Positions 30,188 through 40,146 of a stretch of 64,000 bases of DNA are shown here, piece by piece. How positions within the stretch are numbered: the first letter of the stretch is position 1; every line of letters starts with the position of its first letter. The stretch spans positions 7,296,001 to 7,360,000 of the forward strand of contig OY970194.1 in assembly GCA_963708075.1 (NCBI GenBank). The letters run 5' to 3'. Source of the DNA: Sedimentisphaerales bacterium (GTDB lineage: Bacteria > Planctomycetota > Phycisphaerae > Sedimentisphaerales > Anaerobacaceae). The notes under the pieces are model-generated. The model saw only the letters and a list, made by a program, of their open reading frames with translations, ran no database searches and was not told the DNA's origin. The position numbers were made by a program, and so were the translations under genes.

Positions 30188-33100
30188 ATGGTTCCAAGAA
30201 ACACAAAGTATGTCATTTCAGCAGTATTGTGCATTCTCGGTTCACAGGCGGTAAGTTCCGCAGCGGACTACTATGTCAATGCGGCCGGTGGCAACGACGG
30301 CAATAGCGGCCAGAGTTCCGCCGCCCCCTGGCGGACAGTCGCCAAGGTCAACGCCGTCAGCTTCGCCCCCGGCGACCGCATCTTCTTCGCTCGCGGCGGC
30401 ATCTGGCGTGAGTCGCTGATGCCCCGCACCTCCGGCGTCGCCGGCAGTCCCATCACCTTCGGGGCCTACGGCTCCGGCGCCGCTCCGGTGCTCGCCGGCT
30501 CCAACGATCTGACCGGCTACACCTGGCGTAAGAGCGTCAGCGGCACCAACACGTACTACTGCTACGCCTCGGGGATCGAGCCGCCGGACGTGGTCTGGCT
30601 CAATGGCGCCCCTTGCACCCGGGGCACCGCCGGCAGCCTGGCGGACCATCAGTGGGATTGGAATAACCGCGATTCGCTGGGCTTTTCCACCGTCTACATC
30701 CGCGATGACTCCGGCATGCCCGGCGTCAGCGGCGTGCTCGTCGAATCCGCGGCCCGGGACTACACCGTCTTCGCCTCCGGCAAGAGCTATCTGACGTTCG
30801 AGAACCTGGAGGTTCGCCACACGGACGACTACGGCTACAGCTACGGCGTGATGCACTTCAACTCCTGTAAGAACATCACCATCCGCAACTGCACGGTCCA
30901 TGACGTCACCGCCAACGGGATCAAGTTCATCGGCGCCGGCAGCGCCAATCACGTCATCCAGGACAATGTGGTCTACAATGCCCTGCCGCCGTGGAGCTAT
31001 CCGTGCCTGATCAGCATGTTCGACACGACTACGGCCACGATCTCCCGCAATACGATCTACAACGCGGTCGGGCAGTGGGCGGTCGGCATGATGGTCCTGA
31101 ACAGTTGCAGCAACCTGACCATCGAGCAGAACAACATCTACAACTGCAACGGGGACCACGTATACCTGCGAGGCTACGCCTCCGGCAACACCGTGCGATA
31201 CAACTACCTGCACGATGGGTCCGGCACCGGCGTGATGATCCGCGAAGGAGCCAGCAATAACAAGGTCTATGGCAACCTCATGGCGGAAACCGGTGCGGGC
31301 GTCTCCATCAACAATACCGGCGGCGCCACCAGCTACAACCTGGTCTACAACAACACTGTCTGTAGTGAGGCCCGCAGCAACGGCGGCGGGATCGTCATCG
31401 TCGGCAGCCACACGGGCACCCAGATCCGCAACAACTGCGTCCGGACCAACGATGAGTATGCGCTATTCTTCGATGCGGCGGCGGCCGGCGTGGTGACCTC
31501 GAACAACAACTGCGTGTACAACACCAGCTCATTTCGTCTGATCCACTGGGCCGGCGCCAATTATCTGATGAGCGGCTTTGCCACGTACCAGAGCGTCAGC
31601 GGTCAGGACCGCAACTCCATGGCCCGCGATCCGCTGTTCGCCAACCTGGGCGGCCGCGATTTCACGTTCCAGAGCAGTTCCCCCTGCATCGGTACGGCCG
31701 TGGACCTGGGCGATACCTACCGTTATGACTTGGGCGCCGGCAGCACCTGGCCCAGTGGCGTGCGAACGCTCGATCAGCGCGCTTACGGCACCTGGGAGAT
31801 CGGAGCCTACGTGTACGGCAGTGCGCCTGCCACTAGCTACACACTGACGACCAGTGCCCCCAACGGCACTGTGACCAAAACGCCCAACCAGAGCAGCTAT
31901 ACCTCGGGCACGACAGTCACCTTGCAGGCGACGCCGAACAGCGGCTACGTATTCACCGGCTGGTCGGGCGATCTGACCGGCACGACCAATCCGGCGACGC
32001 TCGTGATGAACTCGAACAAGTCCGTCACGGCCAATTTCGCCCCTGTGCCCAGCACGACGTACACACTTACCGTCAGTGCCACCAATGGCACAGTGACCAG
32101 AACGCCCAATCAGAGCAGTTACACCTCGGGCACGTCGGTGTCCTTGCAGGCGACGCCGAACAGCGGCTACACGTTCACCGGCTGGTCGGGCGACTTGACC
32201 GGCACGACCAACCCGGCGACGCTCGTGATGAACTCGAACAAGTCCCTCACGGCCAACTTCGCCCCTGTGCCTGTTACGTATACCCTGTCGATCAGTGCCA
32301 CCAATGGCACGGTGACCAGAACGCCAAGCAAGACCGGCTACACCTCCGGCGAAACAGTCGCCCTGCAAGCGACGCCGAACAGCGGCTACGTATTCACCGG
32401 CTGGTCGGGCGATCTGACCGGCACGGCCAATCCCGTGACGCTCGTGATGAATTCGAACAAATCCGTCACTGCCAATTTCGCCGCGGTCACATATACGCTC
32501 ACCGTCAGTGTCACCAACGGCTCAGTGACCAGGACGCCGAACAAGACCAGCTACAGCTCCGGTGAAACGGTCACCTTGCAAGCGACGCCCAATAGTGGCT
32601 ACGTGTTCACCGGCTGGTCGGGCGATCTGACCGGCACGGCCAATCCCACGACGTTAGTGATGAATTCCAACAAGTCCGTGGCGGCCAACTTTGCCTCCAG
32701 CGGTGGGACCACCTATTACGTGGACCCAGCCGGCAATGACTCCAACAACGGGCGAAGTACCTCGGCAGCCTGGAAGACGATTGCCAAGGTCAACTCCTAT
32801 ACCGGCTTCGTCCCCGGCGACCGCATTCTGCTCAAGCGAGGCCAGACCTGGCGTGAGCAGTTGATCGTGCCGAGAAGCGGCACGGCGGGCAGCCCGATTG
32901 TCATCGGCGCCTATGGCACGGGCAATCGGCCCATGCTCAAAGGCTCCGCGTCAGTGACCAACTGGGTCGGTGCGGGAAGCACCATCGTCTGGCGAGCTCC
33001 GCTGAGTGCCTTGCCCGATCAGGTGTTCTTCAACGGCGTTCGCGGCACCAAAGAGACGGCCGCCACCAATGTGGACCGGCCTCGCGAATGGGCCTGGTAC

Positions 33101-34870
33101 TCGGGCAACCTGTACACATACGCCGCATCCGATCCGGACAGCGCGTACACGAGCCCCGGAGTTGAGGCGTCGGCGGTACCGGCGGCGCGGGGCAATGGTC
33201 TGATCCAGATTCAAGATCGTGAGTACGTGACCGTGGAGAGCATCGCGGTCTCCCAATCCTACGGCTACGGCATCCACATCAAGCCATCGGGCCGGTACAT
33301 CACGATCAGGGATTGCGATGTCAGCTACTCCATCGACGGCGGCATTGTCGCGCCAATAGGAAGCACCGCCTTGGCGCAGATTCTCATCGAGAACTGCCTG
33401 GTGCACCACAACAACACCGGCATCCAGGAAGGCACCGCCGGCAGCACCACATGGTACGAAGCACTCACCCTGGGATACGTAGACGGGTTTACCATTCGGG
33501 GCTGCCTGGTCTATGACAACTTCGTCAAGGGGGTGGGCCTCAAGCGTGGGGCCGCCAACGGCATGGTGGAGAACTGCCTGTTGTACTCCAACGATGCGAC
33601 GAACGTCTTCCTCGATGGAGCTTCGAACGTTCAGATCCGCTACAACAAGATCTACGACTCCACCAATGACGCAGGCATCGAGTTCGGCCTCGAAACCAGC
33701 ACGTACCACAATGACAACATCCGCGTCTATGACAATCTGTTCTGGGGCAACTCCGCGGCCGTTTCGTTCGATGCCGCTACTGGAGTGACCGCCCAGACGC
33801 GGAATCTCAGCTTCTATAACAACACATTCTATAGCAATCGGTATGGGTTCCGCTGGAAGAGCGGCGCTACCGACAACTACAGCGGCGCGAACAACATCAA
33901 GAACAATGTGCTCTGGCAGGCCGGCACGTCGAACTACGCCATTCGCGACGAGACCACCGGGCGCCAGGGGATTGGCCGAAGTGCCATTGCGTACAATGCG
34001 TTCCAGCAGGGTTCTGCGACCGACACCACCGGCACGAACGCCAGGGTGGTCACGAATCCCTATTTCGTGAACCCAGGCGCCCGAGACTTCCATCTCAGTA
34101 GCAACTCCCCTTGCATCAACGCCGGAACGAACGTCGGCCTTACTCGCGACTTCGACGGCAAGCTGGTCCCGCAGGGCAGTGCTCCGGATATCGGCGCATT
34201 CGAGTATGGCACGACCATGGCGTCTTTGAGTGAGCCCTTGGCGCAGGCCCTTGAGGCCGAAACGCCGGAACTTGCCGTGGCGTCGAGTGACGATCTGATG
34301 GAAATGCCGGCCCAGGCAGACGATGCAAACACCGCCCCGGCACCGCCGCAGCCTCCCGCTGCAACCTACGTCAGCGATGGCGTGGGCAACACGTGGATCG
34401 TTTGGCAGGCAGGTGATGCCGGACGCCAGCAGATCTACGTCTCTCGCGTCTCGAACGGCGTTGAAATCTCCGACGACACGGTTCAAATCAGCCGCGGCGA
34501 CGGCGAGCATGGCCATCCGGCCATTGCTATCGACGGCGCTGGGGTCCTCTACGTCGTCTGGGAAGAGAGCGTACGCGGCAAGTGGGACGTGTGTGTGGCG
34601 GTCTCGCCCGACGGGAACACATGGTCAATGCCAAAGCTGGTTATGGATTCCAACTCCAACCAGCGGAATCCCGCGATCGACGCCGGCGATCAGCCGGATG
34701 ATCCGGTCACGATTGCCTGGCAGGACGACGACGCAGGAACGCAGGACGTCTATATGGCGACGTCGACCGACGCGTTCCTCCACGTCGAAATCTCCGTAAT
34801 TCCCTCTGCGGAGGCCGATCCGGCGACCGACGTGACCGACAAGCCGACCGGCTCGTCCAAGAAGAAGTAG
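30188..34870 (+). CDS. Large secreted protein: two right-handed beta-helix (pectin-lyase-like) domains, four InlB-B/Flg_new-like repeats and a C-terminal partial beta-propeller
   Basis: Signal peptide. Two domains each begin YYV..GND.N.G....W.T.AKVN...F.PGDRI and end with a 'DF.L...SPCI..G...(D/E)IGA(F/Y)' motif. Four LQATPNSGY.FTGWSGDL repeats. Confidence 0.9.
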   Translation: MVPRNTKYVISAVLCILGSQAVSSAADYYVNAAGGNDGNSGQSSAAPWRTVAKVNAVSFAPGDRIFFARGGIWRESLMPRTSGVAGSPITFGAYGSGAAPVLAGSNDLTGYTWRKSVSGTNTYYCYASGIEPPDVVWLNGAPCTRGTAGSLADHQWDWNNRDSLGFSTVYIRDDSGMPGVSGVLVESAARDYTVFASGKSYLTFENLEVRHTDDYGYSYGVMHFNSCKNITIRNCTVHDVTANGIKFIGAGSANHVIQDNVVYNALPPWSYPCLISMFDTTTATISRNTIYNAVGQWAVGMMVLNSCSNLTIEQNNIYNCNGDHVYLRGYASGNTVRYNYLHDGSGTGVMIREGASNNKVYGNLMAETGAGVSINNTGGATSYNLVYNNTVCSEARSNGGGIVIVGSHTGTQIRNNCVRTNDEYALFFDAAAAGVVTSNNNCVYNTSSFRLIHWAGANYLMSGFATYQSVSGQDRNSMARDPLFANLGGRDFTFQSSSPCIGTAVDLGDTYRYDLGAGSTWPSGVRTLDQRAYGTWEIGAYVYGSAPATSYTLTTSAPNGTVTKTPNQSSYTSGTTVTLQATPNSGYVFTGWSGDLTGTTNPATLVMNSNKSVTANFAPVPSTTYTLTVSATNGTVTRTPNQSSYTSGTSVSLQATPNSGYTFTGWSGDLTGTTNPATLVMNSNKSLTANFAPVPVTYTLSISATNGTVTRTPSKTGYTSGETVALQATPNSGYVFTGWSGDLTGTANPVTLVMNSNKSVTANFAAVTYTLTVSVTNGSVTRTPNKTSYSSGETVTLQATPNSGYVFTGWSGDLTGTANPTTLVMNSNKSVAANFASSGGTTYYVDPAGNDSNNGRSTSAAWKTIAKVNSYTGFVPGDRILLKRGQTWREQLIVPRSGTAGSPIVIGAYGTGNRPMLKGSASVTNWVGAGSTIVWRAPLSALPDQVFFNGVRGTKETAATNVDRPREWAWYSGNLYTYAASDPDSAYTSPGVEASAVPAARGNGLIQIQDREYVTVESIAVSQSYGYGIHIKPSGRYITIRDCDVSYSIDGGIVAPIGSTALAQILIENCLVHHNNTGIQEGTAGSTTWYEALTLGYVDGFTIRGCLVYDNFVKGVGLKRGAANGMVENCLLYSNDATNVFLDGASNVQIRYNKIYDSTNDAGIEFGLETSTYHNDNIRVYDNLFWGNSAAVSFDAATGVTAQTRNLSFYNNTFYSNRYGFRWKSGATDNYSGANNIKNNVLWQAGTSNYAIRDETTGRQGIGRSAIAYNAFQQGSATDTTGTNARVVTNPYFVNPGARDFHLSSNSPCINAGTNVGLTRDFDGKLVPQGSAPDIGAFEYGTTMASLSEPLAQALEAETPELAVASSDDLMEMPAQADDANTAPAPPQPPAATYVSDGVGNTWIVWQAGDAGRQQIYVSRVSNGVEISDDTVQISRGDGEHGHPAIAIDGAGVLYVVWEESVRGKWDVCVAVSPDGNTWSMPKLVMDSNSNQRNPAIDAGDQPDDPVTIAWQDDDAGTQDVYMATSTDAFLHVEISVIPSAEADPATDVTDKPTGSSKKK
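31838..32695 (+). repeat. Four tandem intragenic repeats of about 210-220 bp (InlB B-repeat-like)
   Basis: Units start at 31838, 32060, 32279 and 32492. Cores are near-identical, e.g. ttcaccggctggtcgggcga(t/c)(c/t)tgaccggcacg. Confidence 0.9.
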
Positions 34871-34900
34871 CGTTATCACATATCCTGGCTCTTACACATC

Positions 34901-34943
34901 CGGGGCGTCGTGCAAATCTATCGCACGACGCCCCGATTTTTTT
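34901..34943 (+). terminator. Intrinsic terminator
   Basis: Perfect 13-bp stem CGGGGCGTCGTGC/GCACGACGCCCCG followed by A-T7. Confidence 0.85.
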
Positions 34944-35037
34944 GCAGACCTTCCCCAGCATGCCTGTCTCTCCCTTTTCTGCTGCAGTCCTTGTTTTTTC
35001 GTTGATTGCAGGGCTGAGTTGGTCTAATACCACGTGC

Positions 35038-35778
35038 ATGGGACGACTGGTAATATTGTCGGGGCCGTCGTGTGTGGGGAAGGGGCCGCTTCGGGCGGCG
35101 CTGGCGAAGTTCTACCCACAGGTGGCGGGCAGACTTGCGAAGATTGTGCTCTACGATAGCCGGGCTCCTCGGCCGGGGGAGGTGGACGGGGTGGATTATC
35201 ACTTCCGCAGCCGGGAATACATCGAGGGGCTTCGCGGGCGGGAGGGATTCGCCGTCTTTGAGGTTCGCGGGGACCTGCAGGCACTGAACAGCCGCGAGCT
35301 GGAACGAAAGCTGGGGGCCTCGGATGTGCTCTTTGAAGGCAACCCTTTCATTGGCTCCGGGCTTCTTGACTTTGTCCGCGAGCATGGCATTTCGGCATTG
35401 AGCATCTTTCTCTCACCGCTATCGTGTGAAGAAGTCCTGGAATTCAACGCGGGCGAGCGGACCGTTTCCCTGTCGGATTTGTTGACGGACATGATGCGCC
35501 GAAAGCTCCTGCGGCGCACCGCTCGGCAAAAGGGCAACATGTCGCTTAAGGACTTGGAGAACATCGAAATCCGAGCCGCCGGCGCGTACGGCGAACTCCA
35601 GCAGGCGTGGCGGTTCGACCACGTGATCCCCAATCATGATGGCGAGGACAGCGACAACTGGGATGCGTTCTATTACCCCGTCGGCGACGCCCGCAAGGCG
35701 TTATTGGCATTCGCACCCCTGCTCGAAGGCAAGCCGGCTCCGCACGCCGAAAGATGGGAGCCGGACTTGGTCCCGTGA
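35038..35778 (+). CDS. Guanylate kinase-like P-loop kinase (atypical)
   Basis: LVILSGPSCVGKGP P-loop and SRAPRPGEVDGVDYHF, the GK signature. Confidence 0.8.
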   Translation: MGRLVILSGPSCVGKGPLRAALAKFYPQVAGRLAKIVLYDSRAPRPGEVDGVDYHFRSREYIEGLRGREGFAVFEVRGDLQALNSRELERKLGASDVLFEGNPFIGSGLLDFVREHGISALSIFLSPLSCEEVLEFNAGERTVSLSDLLTDMMRRKLLRRTARQKGNMSLKDLENIEIRAAGAYGELQQAWRFDHVIPNHDGEDSDNWDAFYYPVGDARKALLAFAPLLEGKPAPHAERWEPDLVP

Positions 35779-36070
35779 CCTGCTCGGCACACGCGTGATC
35801 CGATGAGGATTACGCTCACACCAGGGCGCGTCCAAGACCGTATTTGGAGAAGCAGCATATTCTCCGGGCGGCAGCGGCAAGTCGTTCGGCCTCGCCGCCA
35901 CTTATCGCGGAAATGACATGGCAGTGGATTCAGCCATGCTCTCATGCCAGAGGCTCTAAGGGATTCCCTTCTTCCTTTGTGGGCAAGCCTGCGTTGATAA
36001 TGGTACTGCGGTCGCCCGCGATCGGTGATATTGTGCTGACAAATGTGCAAGAACCCGGGTCGGCGTTGGA

Positions 36071-38596
36071 ATGAGTTCTGAGAGCTGCAACTTCTGGGAT
36101 ATACCTGCTGAAGCAATGCTTGTCCGGCTTCACACGTCGAGGAAGGGCCTGACGAGTGAGGATGTCAAGCGGCGGGCGGAAACGTATGAGAAGGACCGCT
36201 TGGCGCGTTTACGTGGTTTCAGCCGAGTGTGGATTTTGCTGTCCCAGTACAAGAGCCCGATCATTCTTATCCTTATCTTCGCCTCGATTCTGTCTCTGAT
36301 GCTGCGTGATCTTACGGATGCAGTGATCATCCTGGCGATCATCCTGGTGAGCGGACTGCTGGGTTTCCGGCAGGAAGTGCGTGCGGCCGATGCGGTGCGA
36401 AAGCTGCTGGATCTGGTGAAGGTCAAGTCGACGGTGCTTCGGGACGGCCAGAAGGTGGAAATCCCCAGCGAGCAGGTTGTTCCAGGCGACATCGTGATCC
36501 TTACGGCGGGGGCGAGCGTGCCCGCCGACTGTCTGCTGCTCGACGCCAAAGACGTGTACGTCAGCGAGGCGTCGTTGACCGGCGAGAGCTACCTCGTGGA
36601 GAAGGCCACAGGCACTGTGCCCAGAGAGACCCCTCTGGCCCAGCGCCACAACAGCGTATTCATGGGCACACACATCATCAGCGGGATCGCTATGGCCGTG
36701 GCGGTCTGCACCGGCCGCAGCACGGAGTTCGGCAGGGTTTCGCAGAGGCTCAGGACCAGGCCACCCGAGACCGAGTTCGAACGAGGCCTGAGACATTTCG
36801 GGTACTTCCTCATGGAGGTGACGTTTCTACTCGTGGCCGCTATTTTCGTGGTGAACACGTACTATGACCGTCCGGTGCTGGAGGCGCTCTTGTTCTCGCT
36901 GGCCCTGGCCGTCGGACTGACGCCACAGCTCTTGCCGGCTGTCGTCAGCGTCAATCTCGCGCACGGCACGCGGGAGATGGCTACGCAGGACGTCATCGTC
37001 AAACGCCTGTCTTCCATCGAGAACTTCGGCAGCATGAATCTGCTGTGCTCGGATAAGACCGGGACCCTCACGCAGGGCCGAATCCACCTGGACCGTGCAA
37101 TCGATGCGAGCGGGCGGCCCAGCGACAAGACATTGCTCTATGCGTGCCTGAATGCATCATTCGAAAGCGGTTTCGTCAATCCGATCGACGAGGCGATCCG
37201 GGAGGCCCGGAAATGCGATGTCGCCGCGTATGCGAAGCTGGACGAGGTGCCATATGATTTCATTCGCAAACGGCTGAGCATTCTCGTCGCAACGGGCGAT
37301 CGGAATATCCTGATTTCCAAAGGATCCGTGCCGAACATTCTTCGGATCTGTTCCGGGGTCGAGTCCGCCGACGGCGCGGTTGCAGAAATCACAAGAGGCA
37401 TCGAGACGCAGGTCATACGGTTGTCGGATGACGCAGCTCGCGATGGTTTCCGCGCCATCGCCGTAGCGTACAGAGATCTCGGGACCGGCACACGGATCGC
37501 GAGAGAGGATGAAACAGACCTGACGTTGCTCGGCATCATAACATTCTCCGACTCACCAAAGGAGGATGTGGCCGAGACCATTGCTGAGTTGAAGCGACTG
37601 GGAGTATCCCTGAAGGTCATCACGGGTGACAGCAGGCACGTGGCGGCCCACGTATGCGGTCAACTGGGAATTGACGGGCGGGCGATCCTTACCGGCGAAG
37701 AGCTGCGATTCACCGGCGACGAGGCCCTGGTGCGCAAGGTCGAGCATGTGAACGTATTCGCGGAGGTCGAGCCGAACCAGAAGGAGCGGATTGTGCTGGC
37801 GCTGAGGAAGGCGGGCAACGTGGTCGGCTTCTTAGGCGATGGGATCAACGATGCCTCCGCGCTGCACGCCGCAGATGTGGGTATCTCCGTCGATGAGGCG
37901 GTCGACGTGGCCAAAGAGGCGGCCGATATCGTGCTGCTCAAGAAGGACCTGCGGGTCCTGCTCAACGGCGTCAAAACGGGCAGAAAGACCTTTGCCAACA
38001 CCCTGAAGTACGTGTTCATGGCTACGAGCGCCAACTTCGGCAACATGTTCAGCGTGGCGGGCGCGTCGCTGTTCCTGCCCTTCCTGCCGATGCTTCCGAA
38101 GCAAATTCTGCTGACGAACCTGCTGACGGATCTTCCAGAGATGTCGATTGCGGGCGACCGGGTCGATCCGGAGTTTGTCGAACGGCCGCACCGTTGGGAC
38201 CTCGGCTTTATCCGGAAGTTCATGGTCGTGTTCGGCGTGTTGAGCTCTGTGTTCGATTACCTGACCTTCGGCACGCTGCTGCTGATTCTGCATGCCGACG
38301 CGGCGCACCTGCGAACGGGCTGGTTTCTGGAGTCGGTCATCTCAGCGACACTGATCGTCCTGGTTATCCGGACGCGCCACCCGTTTTTCCGGAGCCGGCC
38401 CGGGCGGTACCTGTCGATTGCGACGGTCGTGACTATAGCCGTTGCCCTGTGGCTGCCGTTCAGTCCCATGGCCGGGCTGTTTGGCTTTGTGCCGCTGTCC
38501 GGCGTATTCCTGGGATTCCTCGGAGCGATTGTGGTACTTTACGCGGCCGCCGCCGAGCTGGCCAAGCACTTCTTCTATCGCAGGATCGCTCTCTGA
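36071..38596 (+). CDS. mgtA: Magnesium-translocating P-type ATPase
   Basis: LTGES, AVGLTPQLLP, CSDKTGTLT, DEVPYDFIRKRLS, GDGINDA and SANFGNMFS. Confidence 0.93.
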   Translation: MSSESCNFWDIPAEAMLVRLHTSRKGLTSEDVKRRAETYEKDRLARLRGFSRVWILLSQYKSPIILILIFASILSLMLRDLTDAVIILAIILVSGLLGFRQEVRAADAVRKLLDLVKVKSTVLRDGQKVEIPSEQVVPGDIVILTAGASVPADCLLLDAKDVYVSEASLTGESYLVEKATGTVPRETPLAQRHNSVFMGTHIISGIAMAVAVCTGRSTEFGRVSQRLRTRPPETEFERGLRHFGYFLMEVTFLLVAAIFVVNTYYDRPVLEALLFSLALAVGLTPQLLPAVVSVNLAHGTREMATQDVIVKRLSSIENFGSMNLLCSDKTGTLTQGRIHLDRAIDASGRPSDKTLLYACLNASFESGFVNPIDEAIREARKCDVAAYAKLDEVPYDFIRKRLSILVATGDRNILISKGSVPNILRICSGVESADGAVAEITRGIETQVIRLSDDAARDGFRAIAVAYRDLGTGTRIAREDETDLTLLGIITFSDSPKEDVAETIAELKRLGVSLKVITGDSRHVAAHVCGQLGIDGRAILTGEELRFTGDEALVRKVEHVNVFAEVEPNQKERIVLALRKAGNVVGFLGDGINDASALHAADVGISVDEAVDVAKEAADIVLLKKDLRVLLNGVKTGRKTFANTLKYVFMATSANFGNMFSVAGASLFLPFLPMLPKQILLTNLLTDLPEMSIAGDRVDPEFVERPHRWDLGFIRKFMVVFGVLSSVFDYLTFGTLLLILHADAAHLRTGWFLESVISATLIVLVIRTRHPFFRSRPGRYLSIATVVTIAVALWLPFSPMAGLFGFVPLSGVFLGFLGAIVVLYAAAAELAKHFFYRRIAL

Positions 38597-38621
38597 GAGC
38601 CATGCTGACGCGAGCGATGTC

Positions 38622-39287
38622 TCAGTAGCGTGATACGTTCATCTCGCCGGGGGTGCCGGTGACGAGGTAGACGACGCTCTCGGCGATGTTCGTCGCTCGG
38701 TCGGCGATTCGCTCGACGTTGTGAGAGGCCCAGATCAGGTACGTCGCCCGCGTGATGACCGAGGGGTTCTCGATCATCCGCGACAGCAGGTCGTGATAGG
38801 CCTGGTCATAGAGCACATCGACGGCGTCATCCTCGGCGCAGATCTCGCGGGCCAGCTTGGCGTCGCGTTTGATGAAGGCATCGAGGCTCCTGCGGAGCAT
38901 GCTGACGGCTTTCTCCGCCATCTGCGGGATGTAGACCAGCGGCCTGATCAACGGCTGATCGCCATGCAAGAGAACGATCTTGCCGATGCCCTCGGCGTAG
39001 TCGCCGATCCGCTCCAGGTCCCGAACAATGCTCAGGACCGCGATGATCTCGCGCAGGTCGGACGCCACCGGCTGCTGCGTCGCGATCAGGTCCACGCATT
39101 TGTCCTCCAGGGCCCATCGTCTCTTGTTGACCTGGGCGTCATTGTCAACGACCCGCTTGGCCTCTTTGGCGTCGAGGTTCTTCAACGCCTCGACCGAGCG
39201 GTTGATCGCCGTGATCACCATCTCGCCCAATTGCAGGACATCTTGTTCGAGCTCTTTGATCCGTTTATGGAAACCTTCTCTTGTCAT
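38622..39287 (-). CDS. phoU: Phosphate signalling protein PhoU
   Basis: QQPVASDLR, DLERIGDYA, DDAVD and ERIADRATNIAE. GGAG RBS upstream. Confidence 0.95.
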   Translation of the reverse strand: MTREGFHKRIKELEQDVLQLGEMVITAINRSVEALKNLDAKEAKRVVDNDAQVNKRRWALEDKCVDLIATQQPVASDLREIIAVLSIVRDLERIGDYAEGIGKIVLLHGDQPLIRPLVYIPQMAEKAVSMLRRSLDAFIKRDAKLAREICAEDDAVDVLYDQAYHDLLSRMIENPSVITRATYLIWASHNVERIADRATNIAESVVYLVTGTPGEMNVSRY

Positions 39288-39298
39288 GGCTGACTCCA

Positions 39299-39380
39299 TT
39301 GATTATGGATGATTGATTATTGATTATTGGCCTGTCTGTCCTCCATCGCCAATCAACCATAATCTACCATCAGTGATCCA
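39299..39380. repeat. Inverted array of degenerate TTGATTA heptamers in the pstB-phoU spacer
   Basis: TTGATTA TGGATGA TTGATTA TTGATTA TTGG, an 18-nt spacer, then an in-register degenerate reverse complement. Confidence 0.65.
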
Positions 39381-40145
39381 TTACCCAAAGGATCCTTTAA
39401 TGTAATCTTCGGTCAGTTGCTCGGCGGGGTTCGTGAAAATTTTGTCCGTGTTGGCGAACTCGATGAGCTTACCGAGGTACATGAAGCCCGTGAAATCGGA
39501 GACGCGGGCGGCCTGCTGCATGTTATGCGTCACGATGATCAGGGTGTAGTCCCGCCGCAGCACGCGAAGCAACTCCTCGATCCGCAGCGTCGCGATGGGG
39601 TCGAGGGCCGAACAAGGCTCATCGAGCAGGATAATATCGGGCCTGAGGATCAGCACGCGGGCGATGCACAGCCGCTGCTGCTGCTCCAGGGTCAGTGAAT
39701 GGGCGTTCTTCCTGAGCTTGTCCTTAAGGTCGTCCCAGAGGCCGACGTGTTCGAGGCCTTCCTGGATCGTCTGCATGATCTCGTCCTTGCGGCTGAGCAT
39801 GTCGTGGATGCGCAGGCCGAATTTCAAGTTGTTGTAGATCGACAGGGAGAAGGGGTTGGGCCGTTGGAAGACCATGCCGACTTTGCGGCGCAGGGCGATC
39901 AGGTCGGTCTCCGGCGCGAGGATATTCTCGGCGTCGATGACGATCCGGCCCTCCACACGTGTGTTCTCGACCAGGTCATTCATCCGGTTGAAGCACCGCA
40001 ACAGGGTGGACTTGCCGCAGCCGGAAGGGCCGATGATCGCCGTGACATTCCTGGCGGGGATCTTGATGTTCACGTCGGTCAGTGCCCGGAAGCTGCCGTA
40101 GTACAGGTTCAGATTGTCCGTCGCTATTTTCGTTTCGCGTTCCAT
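39381..40145 (-). CDS. pstB: Phosphate ABC transporter ATP-binding protein (copy 2)
   Basis: GPSGCGKST, FNRMND, VGMVFQRPNPF, LDEPCSALDP and VTHNMQQAARVSD. The ABC signature is degenerate (LTLEQQQR). Confidence 0.92.
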   Translation of the reverse strand: MERETKIATDNLNLYYGSFRALTDVNIKIPARNVTAIIGPSGCGKSTLLRCFNRMNDLVENTRVEGRIVIDAENILAPETDLIALRRKVGMVFQRPNPFSLSIYNNLKFGLRIHDMLSRKDEIMQTIQEGLEHVGLWDDLKDKLRKNAHSLTLEQQQRLCIARVLILRPDIILLDEPCSALDPIATLRIEELLRVLRRDYTLIIVTHNMQQAARVSDFTGFMYLGKLIEFANTDKIFTNPAEQLTEDYIKGSFG

Positions 40146-40146
40146 A

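Noticed and set aside
31838..32695. Tandem repeats as a CRISPR array or mobile element
   Set aside because: They are in-frame protein-domain repeats of about 220 bp without unique spacers, and there are no cas genes.
30242..34516. Long antisense ORFs (e.g. 30242-31411, 32951-34516; also 49917-51485, 55784-57178, 57758-59059)
   Set aside because: These are shadow ORFs opposite well-supported genes, expected from high-GC codon bias, with no motifs.
35779..36070. mgtA leader peptide or Mg riboswitch
   Set aside because: The short ORF from ~35803 lacks an RBS and Pro-rich character, and no M-box features were recognised.
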